Shown here piece by piece: positions 42,036 to 51,515 of a stretch of DNA of 64,000 bases. Position numbers and translations under genes: made by a program. The DNA comes from Dysgonamonadaceae bacterium (GTDB lineage: Bacteria; Bacteroidota; Bacteroidia; Bacteroidales; Azobacteroidaceae): the NCBI GenBank assembly GCA_031267615.1, contig JAIRYM010000019.1:5430-69429 (forward strand). The letters run 5' to 3'. The stretch's first letter is position 1. Each line of letters starts with the position of its first letter. Under the pieces are notes generated by a model that was not told where the DNA came from, did no database searches, and saw nothing but the letters and a program-made list of their open reading frames with translations.

Positions 42036-43669
42036 AAAAATATCTTGACGAAATATTGGTTTTTGCGCTTGGAGCAAGCGTGTATTTTTCTGCTCTTGTG
42101 GTAAATGACGCCTGGGATAACAGGAGTAAACTTTACGGATTCGGGCTGTTGCTTGTTTTGTATTTTTTGTTAAGATTTATTTTGAACACAAAATGCACAA
42201 AGAGCATAATTTGTTTTCTGATAATTGCAGCAGGATTATACGAGGTAGGGCTTGGTTTGCTGCAACTCTACGGCTTTGAATCGTCGAATCACGGACTGTT
42301 CCGTTTGACAGGGACTTTTTTCAATCCGGGTCCTTATGCCGGCTTTTTATCCCTGGTTGCACCTGTGTCATTATGGTTTCTTTTTAAAACAAATAATGAA
42401 GTCAAAAACAAAAACAGTTCCAACATTCTAAAATTCTTTAATGTCCTTACCATCATTAAAATAATATGCGGTATCACCTTTGTAATAATTTTGCTTGTGT
42501 TGCCTGCCACAATGAGCCGCGCCGCTTGGCTTGCCGCTATTGCAGGCTGTTTAATTGTTATTTACAAGCATTATGAAAGCAAATTGCATTTGGCAGAATT
42601 TTACCAGAGTTATAAAAAGAAACTTTATACAATATTATGCTGTACGATTATTGTCATAGTCATTGCATTAGCAGGCATTTATTTCCTCAAAAAAGATTCT
42701 GCCGACGGTCGTTTACTGACATGGAAAATTTCCTTAAAAACAGTTGTAAAACATCCTTTGGGAGTAGGTTTAGGTAATTTTTCAGGTGCTTATGGCGACG
42801 AGCAGGCAGCGTATTTTGCATCGGGAAAAGCATCGGAAACGGAAGAATACGTTGCAGGAAATCCCGAATACGGTTTTAATGAATATCTGCAAATACTTGT
42901 GGAATCAGGAGTTGTAGCATTTATTTTGTTTATAGTTATTGCTTTTAGAGCAGTGAAGGCTTTGAGTAAACACAATGCAGGATTAGCAGGTTCATTGATG
43001 GCATTGCTTGTTTTTGCGGCGTTTTCTTATCCTTTCAGTTTATGGGAATTTCTTATTATGTTAGTGGTTTTGCTTGCAATGAAACACACAGATAACACTG
43101 ATAACCGCAGATTTCAACTTTTTAAAAAATCCGCGTTAATCAGTCTAATCAGTGTTATCGGCGTGCTAATAATTTACAGGTTATATCCTGTTTATCAGGC
43201 AAATAAATCATATAAAAAAATAAGTATATATTATCATTCCGGCTTGTTTAAGGAAGTAATAGAAGTGTATAATCCGTTGTATCGGCATCTTAATGATAAT
43301 ACGCAATTTTTGTTTGAATACGGGCGAAGTTTATCAATGTCAGAACGATACGAAGAAAGCAACGCTGTATTGCAAAGGGCAACCAAAATTTCTTGCGACC
43401 CGATGTTTTATAACATTATGGGAAATAATTATAAAGCGTTGAAAGATATTGATAAAGCGGAAGCAAGTTATCTGAAAGCGGCGTATATTGTTCCAAATCG
43501 ACTGTATCCCTGGTATTTGCTGATGAAACTTTACAGCGAAACAGGACAGACAGAAAAGGCGTTGAAAACGGCGAAAACAGTACTGACGAAAGAACCGAAA
43601 GTTCATTCAAAAGCGATTGAAGAAATGAGAACGGAAGCGGAAAAACTAAAAGTACAAAATGAAAGTTGA
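42032..43669 (+). CDS. O-antigen ligase (Wzy_C)-like membrane protein with C-terminal TPRs
   Basis: GTFFNPGPYAG, SRAAW, KKDSADGRLL.W, G.G.G.F, FNEYLQ..VESG; TPR tail. Confidence 0.85.
   Translation: MKKYLDEILVFALGASVYFSALVVNDAWDNRSKLYGFGLLLVLYFLLRFILNTKCTKSIICFLIIAAGLYEVGLGLLQLYGFESSNHGLFRLTGTFFNPGPYAGFLSLVAPVSLWFLFKTNNEVKNKNSSNILKFFNVLTIIKIICGITFVIILLVLPATMSRAAWLAAIAGCLIVIYKHYESKLHLAEFYQSYKKKLYTILCCTIIVIVIALAGIYFLKKDSADGRLLTWKISLKTVVKHPLGVGLGNFSGAYGDEQAAYFASGKASETEEYVAGNPEYGFNEYLQILVESGVVAFILFIVIAFRAVKALSKHNAGLAGSLMALLVFAAFSYPFSLWEFLIMLVVLLAMKHTDNTDNRRFQLFKKSALISLISVIGVLIIYRLYPVYQANKSYKKISIYYHSGLFKEVIEVYNPLYRHLNDNTQFLFEYGRSLSMSERYEESNAVLQRATKISCDPMFYNIMGNNYKALKDIDKAEASYLKAAYIVPNRLYPWYLLMKLYSETGQTEKALKTAKTVLTKEPKVHSKAIEEMRTEAEKLKVQNES
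43085..43165. repeat. ~80-bp inverted-repeat element inside the CDS
   Basis: GATAACACTGAT (43091-43102) pairs with ATCAGTGTTATC (43148-43159); inner CGCAGATTT/AAATCCGCG. Confidence 0.65.
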
Positions 43670-43745
43670 CAGGGGATTTTTTAGAAATATTGTGTCAAAT
43701 TGAAAATATTTTATTTACTTTGCATCATAAAATAGCGTTGTTATT

Positions 43746-44819
43746 ATGAATATACGAAATATTTGTTTGGCGCTGATTTGCAGCGCAGTTGTCGGCTGTA
43801 CTTCCAAGAAGACCGAAAAGGAAGATGAAGGCGGCGTTCAAACCGTCCTGCTCGACAGGATTGCGGAGGTTAAAGCAGTAAGACTTGAAGTCCGCGAATT
43901 CAACCACGAACTTGTGTCCAATGGCTTAATTTCAGCCCGTAATTGCGCCAACCTCAACTTTAAGGTACAGGGTGAAATTTCCGAAGTGTTCGTAAAAAAT
44001 GGCGATCGGGTGCGCAAAGGTCAAAAAATCGCCTGCCTCGACAGCTTTGAACTCCAAAAATCGCTCGAACAGGCGGAAGATAACCTCGAAAGCGCACGGC
44101 TGAACTACCTAAACGAACTGATAGGTATGGGCTATTCGCTTGCCGACTCATCGAAAATCTCTTCCGACGACCGTAAAATGGCGGCAATAAAAAGCGGATA
44201 CAAACAGAGTCAAAATCAGTTTGAATTAGCAAAATACAATTACGACAATGCCACTCTCTACGCTCCTTTCGACGGCGTTATAGCCAACCTCTTTTCAAAG
44301 CCCTATAACAAGCCAGAGGGCGAGCAGTTTTGCACCGTTATCGACAATGTCCATCTTGAAACGGATTTTCGAATACTCGAAAACGAATTGAGCGCCGTTA
44401 GCGTTGGCGACAAAGTTACGGTTTCGCCGTTTTCGATTGCTGACTATTCCTGCGAAGGGCGCATCAGCGAAGTGAATCCTGTGGTGGACAAGAACGGAAT
44501 GGTGCGCGTGAAAGCCGCCGTCAACAGCGCCGACGGCAAACTCTACGAAGGAATGAACGTTAAACTGTTGCTCAAACAGGCCGTAGGAAAACAAATTGCA
44601 ATCCCTAAATCGGCTCTTGTACTCCGAAATAATCGCAAAGTGGTTTTTAAACTGCAAAACGAAACAGCAATCTGGGTTTATGTTTCTACAACGCTTGAAA
44701 ATGCAGAAGAATACGTTGTTATTCCAAATAACACAAGCGAACTTGTTGTAGGCGACAGTGTGATTTACGAAGGAAATATTAATCTTGCGCACGAAACACC
44801 AGTTAAACTGATTCAATGA
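43746..44819 (+). CDS. RND efflux periplasmic adaptor (MFP), lipoprotein
   Basis: Lipobox VVGC; VKNGDRVRKGQ, LYAPFDGVI, IPKSALV. Confidence 0.92.
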   Translation: MNIRNICLALICSAVVGCTSKKTEKEDEGGVQTVLLDRIAEVKAVRLEVREFNHELVSNGLISARNCANLNFKVQGEISEVFVKNGDRVRKGQKIACLDSFELQKSLEQAEDNLESARLNYLNELIGMGYSLADSSKISSDDRKMAAIKSGYKQSQNQFELAKYNYDNATLYAPFDGVIANLFSKPYNKPEGEQFCTVIDNVHLETDFRILENELSAVSVGDKVTVSPFSIADYSCEGRISEVNPVVDKNGMVRVKAAVNSADGKLYEGMNVKLLLKQAVGKQIAIPKSALVLRNNRKVVFKLQNETAIWVYVSTTLENAEEYVVIPNNTSELVVGDSVIYEGNINLAHETPVKLIQ

Positions 44820-47800
44820 TAAAATTTCTAATTAACCGCCCCATCGCCGTCTTTATGTCTTTCACGGCATTTTTCATTCTGGGAATAATAACCTACCTGA
44901 ATGTTCCTGTATCGCTGTTGCCCGACATTGCGATACCTGAAATTACTGTGCAGGTAACGGGCAAAGATATGTCGGCACGGGAATTGGAAAATCTACGGGT
45001 CAGCGGAATTAGGCGGAGTCTGATGCAGGTGTCGAAATTGCGGGATATTCGCAGCGAAACACGCGACGGTAGCGCAATTTTGAGGTTGAGTTTTGAATAC
45101 GGGACAAATACCGAACTTGCATTTATTGACGTAAACGAAAAAATCGACGAATCAATGCGCAACGCCCCTGCCGGAACGGAACGCCCGCGGGTCATCAAGG
45201 CAAGCGCAACGGATATTCCGGTGTTCAATATCAATCTTACACTTAAAAACACGGCTGCCGACGAGGAGGCTTTCCTTGCAATGTCGGAAGTAGCGGAAAT
45301 GATTATCCGCAGGCAAATTGAGCAATTGCCCGAAGTAGCAATGGTCGATATGACGGGCATTGTAGGCAAAAGGGTTATTATTCAGCCTGACAGGGAAAAG
45401 ATGCTCGTTGCGGGAATCTCGCTCGACGCTATCGAACAAAGCCTGACAAGTGCAAACTTCGAGGGAGGCTCTGCAACCGTGCGTGATGGATTTTACGAAT
45501 ACAACATCACGTTTTCGGAAGTGATGCGCACGGTCGAAGACATCTGCAACATCTATATCCGCCACAACGACAGGATTTATCAGTTAAAAAACCTTGCCCG
45601 AGTTGAAGTTGCACCGCAAGAAGAGCGCGGAATGGCGTTTTACAATGGTCACAGGGCAATTATTATGTCAATCATCAAGCAGGCTGACCAGAATATGGCA
45701 GATATGCAAAAGACACTTGATGTGCGGATTGAGAATCTGCGTGGCAAATTTCCCGATATCGAATTTAATATTTCGCAAAACCAGACTGAATTGCTTGATT
45801 ACACAATTTCCAACCTGCAACAGAATCTTTTGGTGGCTTTCCTTTTCGTATGCCTGATTTCTGTGATTTTTATGCGCGACATCCGCTCGCCGTTGATAAT
45901 CGGGTTGAGTATGTTTGTGGCGTTAGTTATAAGTCTGATGTTTTTCTACCTATGCAAAGTATCTCTAAATGTGGTTTCATTGACCGGCTTGGTGCTTGCT
46001 CTTGGAAATATGATTGACAGTTCGATAATCGTAACCGACAATATCGGGCAGCACAGGCAGCGCGGACTGACGATTGACGACGCCTGTATCCGCGGGACAA
46101 ACGAAGTGATTGCGCCGATGTTGAGTTCTATGTTTACGAATATAGCGGTGTTTGTGCCACTTATTTTTATGAGCGGGATTGCTGGTGCACTGTTTTTCGA
46201 CCAAGCATTTTCGGTAACGGTGGGGCTGTTGGTTTCTTATTTTACGGGGATAATGCTTCTGCCGGTTCTGTATAAGTTGACGTTTAGAAAAAAAGCGGAA
46301 AAAATCGCTGACGAAAACTTGGAAAACTTGGAAAATTTAGAACGGAAAAAGCCGTTGCTTGACAAGATTTATGACGCCTCCATTAACTGGGTTTTTTCTC
46401 ACAAAACAGCCACAACAGTGATGGTTATTGCATTTTTGCCGCTCTGCTTTGTGTTTTTCAAGGTGATTCCAAAAGAAAAGATGCCGCAAATCAGTCAGAA
46501 TGAAATTATTGTAAAAATAGACTGGAACGCAAATATTCACGTGGAGGAAAATTCGAGGAGGACAAATGAGTTGTTGCAACACGTTAAAAATATTCCATAT
46601 TTCAAAAATATGGAATATTTTGAATCCTCCGCGCAGGTCGCCGCCCAACAGTTTTTATTAAATCGCGAACAGGAGCAGTCTTCTTCCGAAACAGAAATTT
46701 ATCTGAAAACTGCAGAAACCAGCGATATTCCTGCATTGAAACAAGCGGTTTCGGACTATTTCGCGGCTAACTATCCCAAAGCCGTTGTGTCGTTTTCGCC
46801 TGTGGACAATATCTTCGAGAAAATCTTTACAACCGGCGACCCTGAACTTACGGTCGAATATTATACCCTTCGCGAAGATGATATCGAAAAGATCGAAGTG
46901 TCGGACATCAGGCAGTTGGAAGAAAATCTTGCGGCTAAAACGGGCGAAACGCCGGTGGGAAACGCTTTTCAAAAGCAACTGAACATTCATATAGATAAAG
47001 AAAAACTGCTGCTTTACGGCGTCAGTCAGGGACAGATTCTTCAGGCTCTGCAAACCGGATTCCGTGAAAATCAGTTTGCGCTGTTAAGGTCATATCAGCA
47101 ATATTTGCCGATTGTAATTGGATTTGAAAAACAGAATATCAGAGATGTGATTGAAAAAACGACTGTTGATGCTCCTGTAGATAACGGAAATGCACCAAAT
47201 TCATTTGTTACAAAAATTCCTTTGTCGGTATTCGTTACCACTTCGCCTGCCGAAGACCTGAAAACGATTGTGGCAGGCAGCAACGGCGAATACATTCCGC
47301 TGCAATATTATAAAACGGAGAGGCAGGAAGAGATAATGAAAATTGCCCGCGAAGATGCACGGAACAGCGATTTCTGGAAAGTTGATTTTTCAGGTAATTA
47401 TTTCTTTAACAAAAAAATGATTTCAGAACTGATAGTCATACTTCTGATTTCAATAATGCTGATGTATTTTATTCTGGCAGCGCAGTTTGAAAGTTTTGTG
47501 CAACCGTTGATTGTACTGCTCGAAATCCCTATGGACATTTGCGCCTCGCTCGCACTGCTGATGCTGCTCGGACATAGTCTCAATCTTATGTCGGCAATCG
47601 GCATTGTAGTTTCAACGGGTATTATCATCAACGACAGTATTTTAAAGGTTGATGTGATGAATCAGTTGCGGCGTGAAGGGTTTGCGTTGATGGACGCGAT
47701 ACACGAGGCGGGACGCAGGAGGTTGAAAGCGATTTTGATGACGACGCTGACCTCAATTGTATGTATGGCGCCGCTGTTGTTCAGTTACAATCTCGGCGCA

Positions 47801-47917
47801 GAACTTGAAAAGCCGCTTGCAATCGCCACCATCGGCGGTATGCTGCTTGGAACGCCGATAAGTTTGTTTGTGGTGCCGCTGGTGTATTGGGCAATCTATC
47901 GAAAAGAAGAAAAATAA
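44816..47917 (+). CDS. RND efflux permease
   Basis: FLINRPIAV, LLPDIAIPEITV, AQFES..QP, RRLKAILMTTLT; 1033 aa. Confidence 0.93.
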   Translation: MIKFLINRPIAVFMSFTAFFILGIITYLNVPVSLLPDIAIPEITVQVTGKDMSARELENLRVSGIRRSLMQVSKLRDIRSETRDGSAILRLSFEYGTNTELAFIDVNEKIDESMRNAPAGTERPRVIKASATDIPVFNINLTLKNTAADEEAFLAMSEVAEMIIRRQIEQLPEVAMVDMTGIVGKRVIIQPDREKMLVAGISLDAIEQSLTSANFEGGSATVRDGFYEYNITFSEVMRTVEDICNIYIRHNDRIYQLKNLARVEVAPQEERGMAFYNGHRAIIMSIIKQADQNMADMQKTLDVRIENLRGKFPDIEFNISQNQTELLDYTISNLQQNLLVAFLFVCLISVIFMRDIRSPLIIGLSMFVALVISLMFFYLCKVSLNVVSLTGLVLALGNMIDSSIIVTDNIGQHRQRGLTIDDACIRGTNEVIAPMLSSMFTNIAVFVPLIFMSGIAGALFFDQAFSVTVGLLVSYFTGIMLLPVLYKLTFRKKAEKIADENLENLENLERKKPLLDKIYDASINWVFSHKTATTVMVIAFLPLCFVFFKVIPKEKMPQISQNEIIVKIDWNANIHVEENSRRTNELLQHVKNIPYFKNMEYFESSAQVAAQQFLLNREQEQSSSETEIYLKTAETSDIPALKQAVSDYFAANYPKAVVSFSPVDNIFEKIFTTGDPELTVEYYTLREDDIEKIEVSDIRQLEENLAAKTGETPVGNAFQKQLNIHIDKEKLLLYGVSQGQILQALQTGFRENQFALLRSYQQYLPIVIGFEKQNIRDVIEKTTVDAPVDNGNAPNSFVTKIPLSVFVTTSPAEDLKTIVAGSNGEYIPLQYYKTERQEEIMKIAREDARNSDFWKVDFSGNYFFNKKMISELIVILLISIMLMYFILAAQFESFVQPLIVLLEIPMDICASLALLMLLGHSLNLMSAIGIVVSTGIIINDSILKVDVMNQLRREGFALMDAIHEAGRRRLKAILMTTLTSIVCMAPLLFSYNLGAELEKPLAIATIGGMLLGTPISLFVVPLVYWAIYRKEEK

Positions 47918-47922
47918 AAACT

Positions 47923-48153
47923 ATGGAACAGATTCATATTGGACAGATTATTAAAGATAAAATGCGTGAAAAAAGGCTTTCTGCAAGAAGGTTATCTGAG
48001 CAATTAAGCTGTAATCGGTCGAAAATTTATAAATTGCAGGATAAACCAAGTATTGATACTTCAGAATTGCGGCGAATATCAATTCTTCTTAAATTTGACT
48101 TTTTCAAGGTTTTATCAGAAAAAACTTTTGCAAACGACAGCAGATTACCCTAA
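47923..48153 (+). CDS. XRE-family helix-turn-helix regulator
   Basis: IHIGQIIK...S...L...LSCNRS.IYK...SIDT..L.RIS..L.FDFF, a common small Bacteroidetes HTH pattern. Confidence 0.8.
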   Translation: MEQIHIGQIIKDKMREKRLSARRLSEQLSCNRSKIYKLQDKPSIDTSELRRISILLKFDFFKVLSEKTFANDSRLP

Positions 48154-48222
48154 TTGGGAACAATTTGTGCCTAAATTGGGAACAAAAAAGTTTGGTGACA
48201 ATAAAAAAAGACAGTATCTTTG
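48148..48222 (+). promoter_or_regulatory. direct-repeat operator candidate and promoter of precursor 2
   Basis: AATTGGGAACAA at 48152-48163 and 48174-48185 (22-bp period); TTTG at 48191-48194 and TATCTTTG at 48215-48222. Confidence 0.6.
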
Positions 48223-48250
48223 TATGAAGTTTAATCTAAAATATTTTTTT

Positions 48251-48502
48251 ATGAAAAAAATCTTTTTAATCTCGTTTACTGCTATTGCAGTAACAGTCGT
48301 TGGAGTGTTGAACGTGAGTTTGGCACAAAATAAAATCGAAGGAACCAGTGTTTCGCTTGGTTCAGGAGAAGCGTTGTCTGCGTGTGAAGTAAGTTCTAAT
48401 GCTTCAGACAACGAAGGATATTGCGAAAGGAATTACGAGGATACTGCCGATGTCTGTACAAAAGGTGGCAGTAGTTCGGTTTGCTGTAGCGGCAACCTCT
48501 AA
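48251..48502 (+). CDS. NVEALA-like secreted Cys-rich precursor 2 (83 aa)
   Basis: Signal ...VVGVLNVSL, SLGSGEALSACE, core with 5 Cys ending VCCSGNL; start MKKIFL at 48251. Confidence 0.75.
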   Translation: MKKIFLISFTAIAVTVVGVLNVSLAQNKIEGTSVSLGSGEALSACEVSSNASDNEGYCERNYEDTADVCTKGGSSSVCCSGNL

Positions 48503-48508
48503 GTCCTT

Positions 48509-48548
48509 AATAATACAGAGGGTATTATACTCTCTGTATTATTTTTTT
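48509..48548 (+). terminator. intrinsic terminator-like hairpin after precursor 2
   Basis: AATAATACAGAGGGTA / TACTCTCTGTATTATT stem followed by a T-run. Confidence 0.75.
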
Positions 48549-48576
48549 GTTAATACCTAACTAAGGAATATTTTTT

Positions 48577-49743
48577 ATGAAAAGCAAAATAGTTTCTTAT
48601 ATAATTTTTGTATTGTTGGTTTCTTGTACACATCATAACAACAAAACACAGGACAGAAAAGGAAGAAGTATTTACACGATGAGACAAGTTGAGTATAAAC
48701 GCTTCCCTCTTGATGAAAATACCACCCAAAATACCAACTATACTCAAATGTGTATTATTAATGGGAAAGTCTGTTTTTCTCTTTTTAATCCCGCAAAATA
48801 CAATATTTTAGTATATGACTTTGATGCAGAAACTCTTATTGATAGCATACAACTATTTAAGGAAGGGCCAGACAATGTAGGTAATGCGGCTCAAGGTTTT
48901 CTCATTTGCTCTATAGATTCTATCTATGTATATGACCAATGGTTAGGGATGATTTATCAAGTTAATCATAAAGGTAATGTAGTAAAAAAAATCGATATTG
49001 GAAAAAAAATCGTACAATCAAACATTGATTGTACGATTGCACCAGTAATTTTTCCGCAAACTAATAGCCCAATAGATATAGTTAATGGTAATTTAATTTT
49101 GCAGGGAATGAGTGGCAATATTCGTGATTGCGAACGTCCTGTTTGTACAACCACTCTGCTATACAATTTTAAGAACGATGTAGTATCTTTAATAAACCCT
49201 TATCCTGAAATATATGGCGAACATAAGAATATACGAGAAAAATGGGGAACTTTCAGTTATAGGCAAACGCACTATACACTGGATAAAAAGCGAACAAAAA
49301 TGATTGTTGACTTTCCCGCTGATGATTGTATTATAATATACGATTTAAAAACCGGAGGCTATGAACGCATTTTTGCTGGATATTCAGTGAAAGATGTAAT
49401 AAAGGTTGCAGACATAAAAACACGGGCATCAATTGATGAACAATATTATGGGCAAACCCAATATGTTGGCATTTACTACGATGAATACAACGATTTATAT
49501 TATCGCCTTGTATTGCATCCGCTCAATGATTATGACCTGAGTAATCGTGAAACGTTGGCAAAAAAAGCAAGTGTTATTATTTTGGACTCCAATTTTAGGA
49601 AAGTTGGTGAATATGATGTACCTGAAAGACTTCAGGGCAGATATGCTAAAACATTTGTTTCAAAAGATGGATTACATATTAATTGTTTGTCGGAAGATGA
49701 TGATTATTTGAAATTTATAACTCTTAATCCCGTAAAGTTATGA
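48577..49743 (+). CDS. DUF4221-like beta-propeller lipoprotein
   Basis: Lipobox LVSC; FPLD, EGPDNVG, DSIYVY, YD.YNDLYYR, VIILDSNF.KVGE, FVSKDGLHI. Confidence 0.75.
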   Translation: MKSKIVSYIIFVLLVSCTHHNNKTQDRKGRSIYTMRQVEYKRFPLDENTTQNTNYTQMCIINGKVCFSLFNPAKYNILVYDFDAETLIDSIQLFKEGPDNVGNAAQGFLICSIDSIYVYDQWLGMIYQVNHKGNVVKKIDIGKKIVQSNIDCTIAPVIFPQTNSPIDIVNGNLILQGMSGNIRDCERPVCTTTLLYNFKNDVVSLINPYPEIYGEHKNIREKWGTFSYRQTHYTLDKKRTKMIVDFPADDCIIIYDLKTGGYERIFAGYSVKDVIKVADIKTRASIDEQYYGQTQYVGIYYDEYNDLYYRLVLHPLNDYDLSNRETLAKKASVIILDSNFRKVGEYDVPERLQGRYAKTFVSKDGLHINCLSEDDDYLKFITLNPVKL

Positions 49744-50150
49744 AACGGACAGTTGTCGGTTGTTTACTTTTTATTTTTGTATTTTCGTGTAATAATAAAA
49801 ATGATTTTGAAAGTTTTATAAATAAGCAATTTCAATCAAACTATCCTAATTATTATATTGATTATGATAGTGTTATTATAATTCCAAGAGAGGGATGTAC
49901 ATCTTGTATTAAGGAATCAGAACGTTTTATCAAAGAAAATATTAATAATAATGCATATTTATTTATTTTTACGAAAATAAGTTCCGAAAAAGAATTGAAA
50001 ATAACTTTTGGATACGAAATGCTAAAACTAAAAAATGTGATTGTAGATACAAAGAATATATTCTATCGTTATGAAGATATAGAAAATCATTATCCACTTA
50101 AGTTAACAAAAGATAAAGATTATTTTTTATATGAAAGATTAAATTTTTGA
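49740..50150 (+). CDS. small CxxC thioredoxin-like lipoprotein
   Basis: Lipobox VFSC; IIIPREGCTSCI; YP near the C-terminus. Confidence 0.65.
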   Translation: MKRTVVGCLLFIFVFSCNNKNDFESFINKQFQSNYPNYYIDYDSVIIIPREGCTSCIKESERFIKENINNNAYLFIFTKISSEKELKITFGYEMLKLKNVIVDTKNIFYRYEDIENHYPLKLTKDKDYFLYERLNF

Positions 50151-50180
50151 TTTATGTTTTCATATCAAATTCTATTTTAG

Positions 50181-50372
50181 TTAAATGAAACATTCCTCTT
50201 AATAATCCTGACCTTAGGATGCTTTTCGATTTCGACCGTCGTGCTTATGTCGCGGCTGATGGTAAAATTTTTTAGTAAAAAAGAAGGGGAATGACGTTTT
50301 TTTGAGATTTTTGTCAAATATTTGGTATTCTAAAAAATAATAATTACATTCGATCTCAGTTATTTATCCTTA
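50181..50372 (+). repeat. ~190-bp direct repeat, copy 1 (copy 2 at 53920-54113)
   Basis: TTAAATGAAACATTCCTCTTAA...GCTTTTCGATT...ATGACGTTTTTTTGAGATTTTTGT...TTTGGTATTCTAAAAA...TACATTCG...CTCAGTTATTTATCCTTA in both copies. Confidence 0.88.
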
Positions 50373-50397
50373 TTTTTGCAAACCATAAATTTAAAAT

Positions 50398-51483
50398 ATG
50401 AACCAAACTATATATTGTATAGGTATTCTTGTGGTCTTTTTCCTTTTATCCTGTAATCACAGAAAAAAGTTAGACAATACTGTTTCTGATTCAAACTGCA
50501 AAATTATTAAAATTGATTTGCAGAAAAGCATTGAAGCAAAAAGCATAGCAGATATAGCCTCTTCAATTCAAGTTCGAATACTGGAAGAAGATAAAAAAAA
50601 TCCAATCGGTGTAATAGATGAAATGCTTATAACCAATACAAATATCTATATATTAGACAGGCAGCGAGCAAAAACTCTTTTTGTGTATGAAAGAGATGGA
50701 CATTTTTTTAATGCAATTCGCCATATTGGAAATGGACCAGGTGAATATTCTGCTCCGCGTAATTTTGATTTGGAAAAAGGCACTGGTAATTTAGTTATTC
50801 TGGACAGCAATCAGCGTAAATTTTTATATTACACAAAAGATAATCGCTTTTTATCCACTATGAGTTTTAAAGGAACTTATTGTTCTTCGTTTTGCACAAC
50901 TAACGACAGTTTGTTAATACTTGATACTGGAAATTCAGTTTCAGATGCAGACGATATAAACAACTATATTGTAATTATCAATAAAAATGGGGAAAAAATT
51001 ACTGAATTGTTGCCTATTCCTGATTATCTGGAAGACATTACGCTGAGTCCTCGCAATCCTCTTCAAAAAATTAATGATACCGTTATCTTTTTACCCTCTG
51101 CAAGCAATAAAGTTTACAATATAGCAAATAATCAAGTTTCTACAAGATATGAATTTGATTTTGGGACGTTATGGGCGAACGAAAATTTCTTTAAAAATCA
51201 AAAACATAAACATCCAATGGCTATGGCTCGCGAATGGGGAAGAAGTTATATTTCTTTTCCAAATATGCTTGAAACAAGGGATGCCGTTCACTTGAATTTT
51301 CATTATAACACTAAATTATATTGTTTTTTTTATAACAAGAACACAGAACAATCTTTGCTTTTTTATACGGATGCAAAAGAAGTAAGCGCTCCTCTTGCTG
51401 TTGCCGAATCATCTTTTGTGTCTATTATTTATGTAGAAGAAAAAAATCCAAAGTTGGTTTTTTTTGATATAAAATGGGATTAA
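50398..51483 (+). CDS. 6-bladed beta-propeller lipoprotein (DUF5128-like)
   Basis: Lipobox LLSC; IYILDR, GNGPGEY, C-terminal NPKLVFF. Confidence 0.82.
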   Translation: MNQTIYCIGILVVFFLLSCNHRKKLDNTVSDSNCKIIKIDLQKSIEAKSIADIASSIQVRILEEDKKNPIGVIDEMLITNTNIYILDRQRAKTLFVYERDGHFFNAIRHIGNGPGEYSAPRNFDLEKGTGNLVILDSNQRKFLYYTKDNRFLSTMSFKGTYCSSFCTTNDSLLILDTGNSVSDADDINNYIVIINKNGEKITELLPIPDYLEDITLSPRNPLQKINDTVIFLPSASNKVYNIANNQVSTRYEFDFGTLWANENFFKNQKHKHPMAMAREWGRSYISFPNMLETRDAVHLNFHYNTKLYCFFYNKNTEQSLLFYTDAKEVSAPLAVAESSFVSIIYVEEKNPKLVFFDIKWD

Positions 51484-51515
51484 ATCCGTATAATAATGAA
51501 AATACAAATTTGACT

